DNA of 63,279 nucleotides, counting the filler, from Octopus bimaculoides (taxonomy: Eukaryota), in NCBI RefSeq assembly GCF_001194135.2. It is 6 parts of 6 records of this genome, joined end to end, with 100 filler letters (N's around TTAATTAATTAA, not from the genome) between each part and the next. Parts side by side here need not be neighbours in the genome. Positions count along the whole stretch, not along the records: positions 23,198 to 36,138 come from NC_068983.1; positions 36,239 to 40,583 come from NC_068993.1; 4 more parts are not named here. One strand, given 5' to 3'. Within the stretch, counting starts at the first letter, position 1. Each line of letters starts with the position of its first letter. Of the stretch, positions 23,694-37,818 are shown in pieces. Both the position numbers and the translations under genes were made by a program. The notes beneath the pieces are model-generated. The model did no database searches. It had not been told where the DNA came from and saw nothing but the letters and a program-made list of their open reading frames with translations.

Positions 23694-25626
23694 TATATAA
23701 TACATGCATGTATACATATATATACAATATATTAATCTACACACACACATACACACATACACACACACACGCACACATACACACGCACACGGAAGATGGA
23801 ATATATGAGAATTTATTATTAGTCACGATAATTGTTTCGACACATCTAGCATCGAACCCTCATGAGTGGGACATTTAACGACTGGTTCAGAAGCATCCGG
23901 CGGTGTAGATGTGTCTCATCGAGTGATAAATATACACAAGTCGTTAAAATAACAGTTCCGGAATGTATCTGCTCATTTCGAAGAAAGAAATGCAGCAAAA
24001 CGAATGAAATATCTTCATTTATATAGACGATCAAAAATAATATCACAGATACAAATANNNNNNNNNNNNNNNNNNNNNNNNNNNNNNNNNNNNNNNNNNN
24101 NNNNNNNNNNNNNNNNNNNNNNNNNNNNNNNNNNNNNNNNNNNNNNNNNNNNNNNNNNNNNNNNNNNNNNNNNNNNNNNNNNNNNNNNNNNNNNNNNNNN
24201 NNNNNNNNNNNNNNNNNNNNNNNNNNNNNNNNNNNNNNNNNNNNNNNNNNNNNNNNNNNNNNNNNNNNNNNNNNNNNNNNNNNNNNNNNNNNNNNNNNNN
24301 NNNNNNNNNNNNNNNNNNNNNNNNNNNNNNNNNNNNNNNNNNNNNNNNNNNNNNNNNNNNNNNNNNNNNNNNNNNNNNNNNNNNNNNNNNNNNNNNNNNN
24401 NNNNNNNNNNNNNNNNNNNNNNNNNNNNNNNNNNNNNNNNNNNNNNNNNNNNNNNNNNNNNNNNNNNNNNNNNNNNNNNNNNNNNNNNNNNNNNNNNNNN
24501 NNNNNNNNNNNNNNNNNNNNNNNNNNNNNNNNNNNNNNNNNNNNNNNNNNNNNNNNNNNNNNNNNNNNNNNNNNNNNNNNNNNNNNNNNNNNNNNNNNNN
24601 NNNNNNNNNNNNNNNNNNNNNNNNNNNNNNNNNNNNNNNNNNNNNNNNNNNNNNNNNNNNNNNNNNNNNNNNNNNNNNNNNNNNNNNNNNNNNNNNNNNN
24701 NNNNNNNNNNNNNNNNNNNNNNNNNNNNNNNNNNNNNNNNNNNNNNNNNNNNNNNNNNNNNNNNNNNNNNNNNNNNNNNNNNNNNNNNNNNNNNNNNNNN
24801 NNNNNNNNNNNNNNNNNNNNNNNNNNNNNNNNNNNNNNNNNNNNNNNNNNNNNNNNNNNNNNNNNNNNNNNNNNNNNATGAGAAATGCTTACAAGACTTC
24901 ATACTTTGCAGTTTTGAAATATGTTTTTATTTCAAGAACTACAGGGCGTATTCCACAGACTATATTCATTTCATTGCATGATGCACAATAAATAACGCTA
25001 CAACTTTTAATAACTGAAGAGATAGCCGCGGCCTTGAATATTTTTCTATTTTCTTATTGTATTACGCAGGTTCAAATATGCTGGATATGTCACCATATGC
25101 GTTACGGTTCCGGTTCTGTGTGTTCTGAGTTCAAATTTCACCCAGGGTCAACTTACCAATTCATACTTTCGGGTCTGATGAATTTGGTACCCGTCAAAAA
25201 TGGTGGATTGGTAAAACGTTAGAACGTTGAAAGAAATGCCGTGGCGGTATCTCTTTCTGGTGTGTGCGTTCTGAGATGAGAACTCGCCTCGTGTCACTGG
25301 TAAAATTGACGAGAGATTTGGGAATTCCTGAAACAAGTATCCAACTATTCCAGCAGAATAACACTTACATAGGCAACCGTGAAGAGGGAATGTAAGAGGC
25401 CGTTCAGAGCTGTTGTGCGCTCAACAAATAACGAACACACACACATATGCGCGCACACACACATATATACATACATGTAAAACTTGTGTATATATAAACA
25501 TATACATATGGATATATAAATATGGAAAGATATAAATATGTGTACACGTATTTATGTTTACACCTTTATATATATATATTTATGCTTCAACGAAATATAT
25601 GTATATGTACATATATATATATATAT

Positions 25627-25688
<62 letters not shown>

Positions 25689-25835
25689 TCACACATATAT
25701 ACACACATATATACACACATATACCCATGCATCTACACAAAAACACTCACACAAGTATAGGTGTATACACGTGTGGGTGCACATACATATGTATGTTTAT
25801 ATGTATGTATACATGTATATATATATATATGTATA

Positions 25836-25876
<41 letters not shown>

Positions 25877-26798
25877 GCGCATACATACATGTATGTAAAT
25901 ATGTACATATGTATATTTACGTGCATACATGTATGTATATTTGCGTGCAACGTACAGAAGTGAATAAGATGTCTTTATTTTCTTAAATATTCTTACAACT
26001 AGTCAGCTAATGAAAGAGAGCGGGCTGCATTCTTGGTTAGTAGGGCGTAGGTGCATATGTACTAGCAGATGGCAGTTTCGTTACAGCTGCATTGTATCAA
26101 AATTCAATGTAACTTATATGAATGGCATGTTTGAATGGTGTGCACATGTATACACATATGAGAGTGTGTGTTTGTGTTTGTGACAGTGTGTATGAGTGTG
26201 TTTGTGACTGTGTAAATATGTGCCTGTGTCTGTGACTACATTAGTGTTTGTGTCTGTGTGTATATACATATATGTGTGTGTTTGCAACTGTTTGTAAATG
26301 TATGTTTGCGAGTGGATTAGTTAATATGTGTTTATGTACCTGACTTGTTCGTATGTGCCTGAGATTATCCCATCCTTTTTTTTTACATACAAAGGATTAT
26401 ATAATCCATCAGGAGCTTCCTGTTAAAATGCGAGATTTGGTTGCTGTTTCTGGTGGATTGTTGCTCCTACGTTGACTGTGAGGCAAAGCAGGAATATAAT
26501 AGGTAAAAAAGGAGTCGAGAAGCAGAGACAATAAAGGAGATTTGGAAGGAGTAAAAAAAGGTGCAAAAATAATGCAAACAGAATTAATATTTATTGGCTT
26601 CTTGCATTGGCATAAAATCTCAAATTAATAATACGCGAGTAGTTTCAATTTGGTCGACACACAGTATGTAACTGGTAAATATTTCCCCAACACCCTGATA
26701 AGTGAATGACAAAGACATTATCAGCAAGATTTCAAGTCAGAGTATAAATGGGCATAATCATGTAGGATAACTGCGCAAGATATAATGCGCTCTGTCGA

Positions 26799-27035
26799 TT
26801 CTTATTTCTTTATTGCCCACAAGGGGCTAAATATAGAGGGGATAAACAAGGACAGACAAAGGGATTAAGTCGATTATATCGACCCCAGTGCCTAACTGGT
26901 ACTTAATTTATCGACCCCGAAAGGATGAAAGGCAAAGTCGACCTCGGCGGAATTTGAACTCAGAACGTAGCGGCAGACGAAATACCGCTAAGCATTTCGC
27001 CCAGCGTGCTAACAATTCTGCCAGCTCGCTACCTT
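26799..27035 (-). mobile_element. Full-length SINE family B with a short TSD
   Basis: Close to the family consensus; TGTCGATTC on both flanks (26793-26801 and 27035-27043). Confidence 0.95.
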
Positions 27036-27894
27036 GTCGATTCAACTCACAGCCATACTTTACTATGTTTTTAATTTTTCTGACCTTAGTCGCTTGTCTT
27101 AGCTATGCTGGAGTACTGCCTATATTTGGTCGACCTTCGAAGAAGGAATAGGTTTGAATCCTGAACACATACAACTCTAATAATTTATTTGAAATATATA
27201 TTAATTTGTGTTGGTACAAAATCAATCATAAGTTCTCCGGAGAAGGGGCGAGTCGAACTGAGTAGGGCTCTCAGTTCGACCATATTCGTACAAAGTACCT
27301 CATTTGATCTTCGCTTTAAGAATTCATCTATTTCTTCACTTTGGAATGGTATTTTATTCGACTCCAAAAGGACGAAAAAGTCACTTCGGCAGGATTCGAA
27401 CATAAGTCGTAGAGCCAGAAGTTCGAATAATTTTGCCAATCTGCTATTTCTGAACTGATCTAGTATTTATCGACCCCAGAAAGAACGAAAGGTAAAGCTG
27501 ATCTCGGCAGAATTGGAACTGAAAGTATAGACCACTGTTAATCTACTACTTCTGATTTGGTGCTGTATTTGTCGACTTTAAAAAGACGAAAGGCAAAGTT
27601 GACCTCAGCGGGATTTGATCTTTGGGTTCAAGGATCTAGAACAATTACGGCTCTGTTCAAATACAGTCTTATATTGATAAAAACGATACGAAAGAGATAT
27701 TGATATAGTTTTATAATACTATACTAAACATTCCAGAATGACAAGCAATGAAATACCACGATAATGATATCAGTAACATGATATCATGAAAAATATAGAA
27801 GTTTGTTAAAAACTAGCTAAATAAAAATCAAGATAAAATGAAAATAAAAAAAGATCTCAATAAAATAATGTCGGGGAAATTTTTCTCGCCATAG

Positions 27895-28029
27895 ACAGAT
27901 AAAATGCCTAGAAATCCATCGACAGTTTTAGTTTCGAAAGCCAAAGTTTCTTACCTGAAATCTATCCAGGTTCGAAAACCTAATGTTATGTATGAGTCCC
28001 CGCCACTACATTCTTCAAGAGCCGATAAT
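27895..28029 (+). CDS. Candidate internal coding exon TDKMPRNPSTVLVSKAKVSYLKSIQVRKPNVMYESPPLHSSRADN
   Basis: Acceptor TTTTTCTCGCCATAG, 135-nt open frame, donor GTAAGT at 28030; product not recognised. Confidence 0.4.
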
Positions 28030-28699
28030 GTAAGTACGACCCATATCCAGAGGTTTAGTCGACCCACTCCTCTACCTTAAGTTTTCCTGGCTGGGTGTTT
28101 GATGTAAGAAATGCTTTATGAAAGATAGGGAAAAAGGCTGTCATTCAGAACTAAAATGGTATATAATTACATTCCTGTGTTCAAGTATCGTTGGAGTTGC
28201 TTTTCACTTGTTCCCATCCGAGGTCATTAAAGTCAATGCTTTAAATGCTTTCTCCAAATAATTCCGCTTGCAAATTTATTGCCCTGTGCTAATTCTTATG
28301 ATTATGGTACAATCGGTAAGACTGGTAGGCAAAATATCTTGCGGGCTCTTAAGTTTTTCTTACGCTGTGCGTTCAAATTCCGACAACGTCGAATTTTGTA
28401 TTTCGTCTTTTCGAGGTCGATAAAATAAATGGTGTCTAACTTAGGGACAAGGTTAGCAAGTTTTAGGTTAGGGAGTTAGTCGATAACATTAACATCCAGT
28501 TCTTGACTGGTATGTTATTTTATCGATCCTACTCCAAAGTATGAAAGTCAGCCTCTGTGGTAATTGAACTCAAAATGCAAACAAACGGAACGTTCTAACA
28601 GTTTTATAATAATTTAAGCAGAAAAACTCTCCAAAACTGCCACTCCGTCGGAACAACACACAAATGAAATGGACGTACAAGCAGCTAAGCACTCTATAG

Positions 28700-28918
28700 T
28701 CATGAGTACCATTATCGTAGTTCTTATCGTAGTGTCACGCAAAGTGTGAAAAGGTTGGCCCTTTGAATTGCAGGTACGCGTTTCTACCAGGTGAGTCGAC
28801 TGAAACAACGTGAAATAAAGTGCTTAACTCAAGGGAACAACGCGCCGCCAGGGGTATCGAACTCGCAACCTTACGACCGTGAGCCGAATACCGTAAACAT
28901 TAAGCCACGTGCCTTCAC
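28700..28918 (-). mobile_element. SINE family C (tRNA-derived), 5' part
   Basis: CAACGTGAAATAAAGTG...TCGAACTCGCAACCTTACGACCGTGAG; homologous to 51290-51620. Confidence 0.8.
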
Positions 28919-29399
28919 AAGGCAGAAGGTCAGAACAAGAATAAGAGCAATAATGCGTTGAAGAGAGAAGTTGGAGAGAGAACCAGAGGGAGATAACGAA
29001 AAGACAGGAGAGAGAGAGAGAGAGAGAGAAGGGGGAGGAAGGGGGACAGCGGAAGATAGAAGGTAGAAAAAGAGAAAGAGAAGAGAAAATGAGACAGATA
29101 ATATAAATATCCACTTCAGATTTGGTTTCGCTACATCATCCCTCTCCATATTATTTACAAAAGAGTGTGTTGTTCAGATACTTGTAATGAAATCAAAAGC
29201 ATCCTCTGTCGGTTTCGACGGATAGTATTTTAATTGTTCAATCTCCTTACTGAATTGTAGTAGAAATATTTGAGTATTTTCCAGACATTTGTCTCCCATC
29301 CTCAATGTAATACACAGGGAAAAATCAATGAATCCATAATATGAGACATATGAGACATGGTTGGTTCTTTTGATGTATATATACATTTATATATAGATG

Positions 29400-29805
29400 T
29401 ATGCGTGGTGGTGTAGTAAGTAGCTTCCTTCCCAACCACATGGCTCCGGATTCAGCCCTACAGCGTGGTATTTTGGACAAGTATCTTCTACTATAGCCTC
29501 AGACCGACGAAAGCCTTGTGAGTGGATTTGGCAGATAGAAACTGAAAGAAGCCTGTCGTATATATAAGTGTATATTTATGTGTATGCGTCTTTGTGTCTG
29601 TGTTTGTCCCCCCACCATCGCTTGACAACCGATGTTAGTGCGTATACATCCCGTAACCTAGCAGTTCAGCAAAACTGACCGATAGAACAAGTACTAGGCT
29701 TACAAAGAATAAGTCATGGGGTCGATTTCTTCGACTAAAACTCAAGGTTGTGCTGCAGCATGACGGCAGTCAAATGGCTAAAACAAGTAAAAGAATAAAA
29801 GAATA
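29400..29805 (+). mobile_element. SINE family A, near full length
   Basis: Head, CORE-like block, central (TA/TG) tract and AAACAAGTAAAAGAATAAAAGAA tail. Confidence 0.9.
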
Positions 29806-29836
<31 letters not shown>

Positions 29837-30177
29837 TGATAAGATGAGAAAGAGAAGATTTATGATCCTCTACAGGGCCTCCGTGACCGGTGGGAAGGTG
29901 GAAAGTGTGTATTCTAAAACTGGAAACCTAGTCCGAATACTTGCAACAGAGAGGGCGAACTTGTCTAAAGCCAAACAAGGTACCATGTGGTTTTATTAAA
30001 CTGGGCAATAGATTGTCTATTAAACTACGGAGGTTATGGCGGAATTTGAACTCAGAACGCATTGCGAGGGAAAAAGATTTTGCAAGAAATGTATAATAAT
30101 CACGAATGGAATGCCTTTGATGACAGTTCTGCTCAATCAGAGCTCAGCTGGGTCTAAAAACTACATAAAAAAACACC

Positions 30178-30332
30178 AAGCATGGCAGTGTGGTAAGAGT
30201 CTTGCTTCCCAAGACTCTTAGTGGGTTCAGTCCCACTGCGTGGAAACTTGGACAAGTGTCTTCTAAAATAGCCTCGGGCCGACCAAAGCCTTGTGAGTGG
30301 ATTTGGTAGACGGAAACTGATAAAAGCCAGTT
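30178..30332 (+). mobile_element. SINE family A, 5' half
   Basis: GGGTTCAGTCCCACTGCGTGG...GCCTCGGGCCGACCAAAGCCTTGTGAGTGGATTTGGTAGACGGAAACTGA. Confidence 0.9.
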
Positions 30333-30682
30333 GTTTATATATATATATATACATCTATATATATATATATATATATATNNNNNNNNNNNNNNNNNNNNNN
30401 NNNNNNNNNNNNNNNNNNNNNNNNNNNNNNNNNNNNNNNNNNNNNNNNNNNNNNNNNNNNNNNNNNNNNNNNNNNNNNNNNNNNNNNNNNNNNNNNNNNN
30501 NNNNNNNNNNNNNNNNNNNNNNNNNNNNNNNNNNNNNNNNNNNNNNNNNNNNNNNNNNNNNNNNNNNNNNNNNNNNNNNNNNNNNNNNNNNNNNNNNNNN
30601 NNNNNNNNNNNNNNNNNNNNNNNNNNNNNNNNNNNNNNNNNNNNNNNNNNNNNNNNNNNNNNNNNNNNNNNNNNNNNNNNNN

Positions 30683-30726
<44 letters not shown>

Positions 30727-31152
30727 GTATATATAGACAAGAGCTATCTGACAAAACAAACACAGAGAAGAAAAAGCAAGCAAATATCACCCCAAATAGC
30801 AGCATATCTACACGTCTGGGTAGCTTTACATCTATGTGTGATTGTATGATACAAAGCCGGGGGCTTTTCACTGCTAAACCCTTTCGAACTCCCATCTGTT
30901 TTGTGCAGCTGTATTTACATGTAACATGTACGTACAAACGTCGTTTGCTTTTGATGAGAAGGCAAACTCATTACACCGTGTCTCCTTGCACATGATGTTC
31001 TAGGGTTCACATTGCTCCTTAAGATAATTCGTTACTTAAGTATTAGTATGTTGTTATTTAGCACCAGAACAGCCTTGTGATCAAAGGCATTTCACCTGAG
31101 ACGGATTAACTATAACAGTAAAAACAACACCAGCAATAATAGTAATAATAAT

Positions 31153-31805
31153 AATCCTTTCAACTAAAAGCACATGGCCTGAAATATGGAGGCGGCGGGA
31201 TAGTCGATTACATCGACCTCAGTACTCAACTGGTACTTAATTTATCGACTCCGAAAGGATGAAAGGCAAAGTCGACCTCGGTGGAATTTGAACTTAGAAC
31301 GTAACGGCAGACGAAATACCGCTAAGCATTTCGCCCGGCGTGCTAACGATTCTACCAACTCGCCGCCTTAACAGCAACAATAATAATGGTTTCAAATTTT
31401 GGCACAAGGCCAGCAATTTTGGGAAAGAGGGCAAGTCGATTACATTGACCCCCCGTGTTTAACTGGTAGTTATTTTATCGACCTCGAAGGCAAAGTCGAC
31501 CTCAGTGGAATTTGAACTCAGAACACAGAGGGAGACAAAATGCCAGCTCACCACCTTAACAGCAACAATAATAATCCTTTTTACTGAAGGCACAAGGCCT
31601 GAAACTCCTTTGTGGGAGGGGACTAGTCTATTACATCGACCCAGTGTTTCATTGGTACCCAATTTATCGACCCCGAAAGGATGAAAGGCAAAGTCTACCT
31701 CGGCGGAATTTGAACCCAGAACATAGACAGACAGAACGCCGCTCACATAGAGAGGGACATACAGAGAGACAAAATGTCAGCTCACCGCCTTAACAGCAAT
31801 AATGT
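31153..31805 (-). repeat. Head-to-tail array of three SINE-B units
   Basis: Three units, each followed on the plus strand by CCTT-AACAGCAA(C/T)AAT at about 31370, 31558 and 31792. Confidence 0.85.
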
Positions 31806-32444
31806 TAATAATGATCATTTGCACAAGAGGCAGGAGAGAAATGTGTAATTCATCGACGATAGTACGTGTCTGTTACTGTCCTTCATTAAAAGCCTTCCTC
31901 CCATCGCTCTCCTCATTAGAAGAATGGAAGCAAAACAGAAAAAAAAGAATAAAAATAAAACGTATCAATCAAAAATAGGATTTGATTTTAGAACGTAAAA
32001 GTTATGTAACCAAATAGAAGCAACCTCATTTAATCGGACGCTTTAGCGATTTTTGCCAATCCACAATAATGCACAAACAAAAAGAGATCTTTGTGTTATA
32101 GTGCATCAACATATCGTCAGCACCATCCTTCTACACATTAACATCAGTCTCGGCATAATCATTATCACAAATATATCAGAGTTAGTGAAAGTCAATTTGC
32201 AAGCAAATAACCAACTACACAAAGGTATCCTGTTATGACTATGAAGGTAATTCATCAATGTATTTTTAGATGCTTTCGGTGTTCAATGGCGAATTGTCCA
32301 AGCTGAACGTACGACCTCAATATCGACTTTTAAATTTCTGTAGCTGTTGGTGTTGTTTTTTTTTTAATGATTTCCACCATTCGTCAGATTTTCAATACAG
32401 CAAGAATAACAACTCTAATGAGAACGACAATAATAATAATAATC

Positions 32445-32499
<55 letters not shown>

Positions 32500-32712
32500 T
32501 GATGTGAACAGTAGAAAGTGTGGATAGCTGGGGCTGCAATTGCAAAAACACTAATAATAATCAATAATATTAACAATAATGTGTTTTGTTCAATCTTGCA
32601 TGACAAAAAATTTATATACATCTATACGAACGCACACATATAACACCCACACGCACGCCCACCCACACACACAAACGTATATATAGGACAAGATGAGTGC
32701 GTATGTATATAC

Positions 32713-32764
<52 letters not shown>

Positions 32765-32767
32765 CTC

Positions 32768-32816
<49 letters not shown>

Positions 32817-32892
32817 ACACATGCATTTGTACAATTTATAGGCTTACACTCATAGAAATATTCATACGCACACATGTGTGTATATATATATA

Positions 32893-33283
32893 TATTCTTT
32901 TATTCTTTTACTCGTTTCAGTGATTTGACTGCGACCATGCTGGAGCACCACCTTTGGTCGAGCAAATCGACCCCAGGACTTATTCTTTTTAAGCTTAGTA
33001 CTTATTCTATCGGCCTATTTTGCCAAACCGCTAGGTTACGGGGACGTAAACACACCAGCATCGGTTACCAAGCGATGGTAGGGACGGGACAAACACAGAC
33101 ACAGACACACACACACATATATAAACGATGGGCTTCTTTCAGTTTCCGTCTACGAAATCTACTCACAAGGTTTTGGTCGACCCGAGGCTATAGTAGAAGA
33201 CACTTGCCCAAGGTGCCACGCAGTGGGACTGAACCCGGAACCATGTGGTTGGTAAGCAAGCTACTTACCACACAGCCACTCCT
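32893..33283 (-). mobile_element. Full-length SINE family A
   Basis: Minus strand AGGAGTGGCTGTGTGGTAAG (A box) ... GGGTTCAGTCCC (B box) through the (AAAAGAAT)n tail. Confidence 0.95.
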
Positions 33284-33531
33284 ATTATATATGTATATAT
33301 ATAATATTTAGATACGGATGTGCACGCAGACAGAAAAAATATAATTGTAACATATTTGTCTGACTGTTTCCGTGTCTTTCTGTCTGTCTCTTTGTCTGCC
33401 TGTCTGTCTTTCTGTCCTGTCTGTCTGTCTGTCTGTTGTCGCTTGCTTTCAGGAGTTTGTTTTTCATTACAAGGTTGATTGTCCGACTGGCGGACTAACT
33501 GGCTAATTGATTCAGCTGATACATACATACA

Positions 33532-33562
<31 letters not shown>

Positions 33563-34244
33563 GTATATNNNNNNNNNNNNNNNNNNNNNNNNNNNNNNNN
33601 NNNNNNNNNNNNNNNNNNNNNNNNNNNNNNNNNNNNNNNNNNNNNNNNNNNNNNNNNNNNNNNNNNNNNNNNNNNNNNNNNNNNNNNNNNNNNNNNNNNN
33701 NNNNNNNNNNNNNNNNNNNNNNNNNNNNNNNNNNNNNNNNNNNNNNNNNNNNNNNNNNNNNNNNNNNNNNNNNNNNNNNNNNNNNNNNNNNNNNNNNNNN
33801 NNNNNNNNNNNNNNNNNNNNNNNNNNNNNNNNNNNNNNNNNNNNNNNNNNNNNNNNNNNNNNNNNNNNNNNNNNNNNNNNNNNNNNNNNNNNNNNNNNNN
33901 NNNNNNNNNNNNNNNNNNNNNNNNNNNNNNNNNNNNNNNNNNNNNNNNNNNNNNNNNNNNNNNNNNNNNNNNNNNNNNNNNNNNNNNNNNNNNNNNNNNN
34001 NNNNNNNNNNNNNNNNNNNNNNNNNNNNNNNNNNNNNNNNNNNNNNNNNNNNNNNNNNNNNNNNNNNNNNNNNNNNNNNNNNNNNNNNNNNNNNNNNNNN
34101 NNNNNNNNNNNNNNNNNNNNNNNNNNNNNNNNNNNNNNNNNNNNNNNNNNNNNNNNNNNNNNNNNNNNNNNNNNNNNNNNNNNNNNNNNNNNNNNNNNNN
34201 NNNNNNNNNNNNNNNNNNNNNNNNNNNNNNNNNNACATTTCTAC

Positions 34245-34322
34245 TGTACCACCACCACCACTACCACTACCACCACCACCACCACCACCACAACAACAAC
34301 AACAACAACAGCAGCAACAGCA

Positions 34323-34398
<76 letters not shown>

Positions 34399-34520
34399 CT
34401 TCGGCGTCGACTTGGCTTTTCATCATTTCGAGGTCCATAAATTAAGTACTAGTAGAGTACTGGGTCAATGTAATCGACTGTCTCCCTCTCCAAAAAATCC
34501 AGACCTTTCTAGTAGAAAGG

Positions 34521-34592
<72 letters not shown>

Positions 34593-34742
34593 GACGTCGC
34601 ACAGTGTACAATATCGTGAGGGTGTTGATTGAAGATATTGTGTCTACCGGGGGTTTGTACTGTTTGTCAAGTCAAAACAAGGACCTCAGACAGACAGTAC
34701 TTTATGCAATATGCGTGCAGTTACAAGTAATGCCGACTTTTG

Positions 34743-34812
<70 letters not shown>
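34245..34812. repeat. Compound trinucleotide microsatellites (CAC/AAC/TAC/ATT) with an embedded SINE-B fragment (about 34400-34520)
   Basis: Direct reading; source of the poly-Y/T/H/L ORFs. Confidence 0.9.
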
Positions 34813-34814
<2 letters not shown>

Positions 34815-36099
34815 CATCATCATCACAGTTGTTAGTATATTGTTCTTACTATTTTAATGGTAGTTTCTCGTAATCCGAGAAAGATGGTATCGTCAACTTG
34901 GAATGATCCGACAAAATTTCTCATTTGTTAAACTAGCAGTGATACAGATATAAGTCAATATATTAATAAAAATATACCACAAACTTAATATATTTACAAG
35001 GACAAACTAAGATAGTAAAAGTGAGCAAAACCGCCTATGTAGATCGGACCACATTTATTGTATGCTGTAAAACCAAAGCATCTCTTTTGACTTTAGCCAA
35101 AGCATTTCGAAATATATATAGTTTGACTCCCGCAGACAGCTTTGTCCACTTACAGTATAATAAAAATCTAGGTAGTTATTATGGTCAATTTGCGAAGTAG
35201 TGGCGATTTATTCTGCATATGTATAAGATTATCAGTAAATAAATATAGAAAAAAGAAACTAGTAAGATTATGATTAGGAGACACAAAGAAATACTATAAA
35301 TGAAGTCGGGCAAGCGAATTACGTAGGCAATAGAAGACTTGTACAATGAAAATAACTACACCAATAAAAAAAGCAGAAAGGAATCTATTGTTTCGGATTA
35401 CATACTTATCAATGAGAAAGAAAAGTAATAAGAACGGTAAGAGAAAAAGAAGAATAAATGATGTCGAATTTACGACGACTGTGCATATGGTAGGTCAACA
35501 CTTGGGCTGCATATAAACAGACATTGAACATTTGGTAACGTTTATTCTTCTTTTTCTCTTGGGATCTTATGACTTTTACTTCTTTTAGATAAAGCGTATA
35601 ACATGAAACGTTAGATTATCTTTTGTTTCTTTAATTGGTCTGCTTATTTTCATTTTACACTTCTTTCATTGTTGTTCTTTGATTTCACATTTGCATGCCT
35701 TTTCAGCTTGTCCAACGTTATGTATTATAATTTTGCTTGTTTGTTTCCTACTTGTCTTATGTTCATTTTTATTTGTGTGATTTTTATCCAATAAATATAA
35801 CAGGATGGGAGAAAGAAAAAGAAAGAAAGAGAGAGCGAAATAGAGAATGAGAGATATAAACAAGAAGGAATGTATTCTATACTAAAAATAAAGTGATATT
35901 ATTTAGCCGAAGTTAAAACTTCACAAACTGTTACCCAGTGAGTCTCATATTTGGACGGAAATTTCGCAGTGAAAACAGAGAACACTGTTGATTTTGTGAA
36001 GTTTTAGCTTCCGATAGATTATACAGACGCACAAAACACAAGTTATGTACACTTACATACATATATATATATACATATGTATATATATACATATATACA

Positions 36100-36138
<39 letters not shown>

Positions 36139-36856
36139 NNNNNNNNNNNNNNNNNNNNNNNNNNNNNNNNNNNNNNNNNNNNTTAATTAATTAANNNNNN
36201 NNNNNNNNNNNNNNNNNNNNNNNNNNNNNNNNNNNNNNTATATATATAAACACAATAAGATATCTACAAGAGAACAATCAAGCTACTCTCAAGACAAAGT
36301 TATTGGGCGAGAAACGGATTGTATGTTTGTTTAGTCGATGCTTTATCATAGATTCTTGTTTTTGTTTCTTCTAATTCTGAATTTCACCACATTTGCTTCA
36401 TTCTCATATCTGGCTGTAGAATTCTCTATTCTACGCAGCACTTTTACAAGAGCTGCACTCCTTAACTAGCTCTGTCTAGTTGCGCCAAACATACCTGGCA
36501 AACACGAATACGCAAGTATCAGGTTATCCCATAAGTTCTGTCCGATTTTACCTTTTTAAAAGTGAATGAATTTTAATAGTATTTTAGAATGTCTTCGGTC
36601 TGTAACCTTTGTAATATTTAAATGGAAATGAATAGGATTCATTAAAACTGAATATGGTGGTTAGATTTTATGCGGCAAGCGACAAGCAATCTGAGCAAAT
36701 TTTCCGCTCCCAGCTACCCTAAACCTACAAGCTTTATCTGCTTCAAGACCCACTGTTCCATAAAAGAATTATTTGACGTTCTTCCAAGGTTTATAAATGT
36801 TTACACAATCATGCACACACACATACATAAACACACACACACACACACACACACAC

Positions 36857-36910
<54 letters not shown>

Positions 36911-37766
36911 GATGGTTATTCACCTACCATAATCCACTCGTCAAAGAGTTCTTTAGTCATCGCCAGGTTACATTTTATAAAACAATCAATGTATTTCAGA
37001 GAGAGATCGAACTAGGAACGCTGTGACAACGGAGCGAACGTCTTAACCACACACCAGTTTTTATACTTGAATACATTCTCGGTCCTAAAATTTTAAAGAA
37101 TCTGAAGTTAGATACTAATAAATACTACAATAGATATTTTAGTACTTTCTTCAATTATGGAACATAAAGTCAGTATTTATTCTCGCCTTCGTTATAATAC
37201 AAAGGACCATAAGCGCACGCGCACGGATGTGTGTGTATTCGCATCGCTTATCTAGCAAACTATGCTTTATATCTACGCAACATAAATCTTACATACTTAT
37301 ACACACACACACATTTATGTATATCTACATATGTCTGTACACATTGACATGCACATGTATACATACATATGCATACTCATATACATACCTGATATATATA
37401 TATAGATATATATATACATACATACATACATATATATATAGATTTAAATATATATATGTGTNNNNNNNNNNNNNNNNNNNNNNNNNNNNNNNNNNNNNNN
37501 NNNNNNNNNNNNNNNNNNNNNNNNNNNNNNNNNNNNNNNNNNNNNNNNNNNNNNNNNNNNNNNNNNNNNNNNNNNNNNNNNNNNNNNNNNNNNNNNNNNN
37601 NNNNNNNNNNNNNNNNNNNNNNNNNNNNNNNNNNNNNNNNNNNNNNNNNNNNNNNNNNNNNNNNNNNNNNNNNNNNNNNNNNNNNNNNNNNNNNNNNNNN
37701 NNNNNNNNNNNNNNNNNNNNNNNNNNNNNNNNNNNNNNNNNNNNNNNNNNNNNNNNNNNNNNNNNN

Positions 37767-37818
<52 letters not shown>

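Noticed and set aside
31153-31805. Repeat-spacer-like periodicity suggesting a CRISPR array
   Set aside because: The units are ~200-bp SINE copies in a eukaryotic genome; no unique spacers or cas genes.
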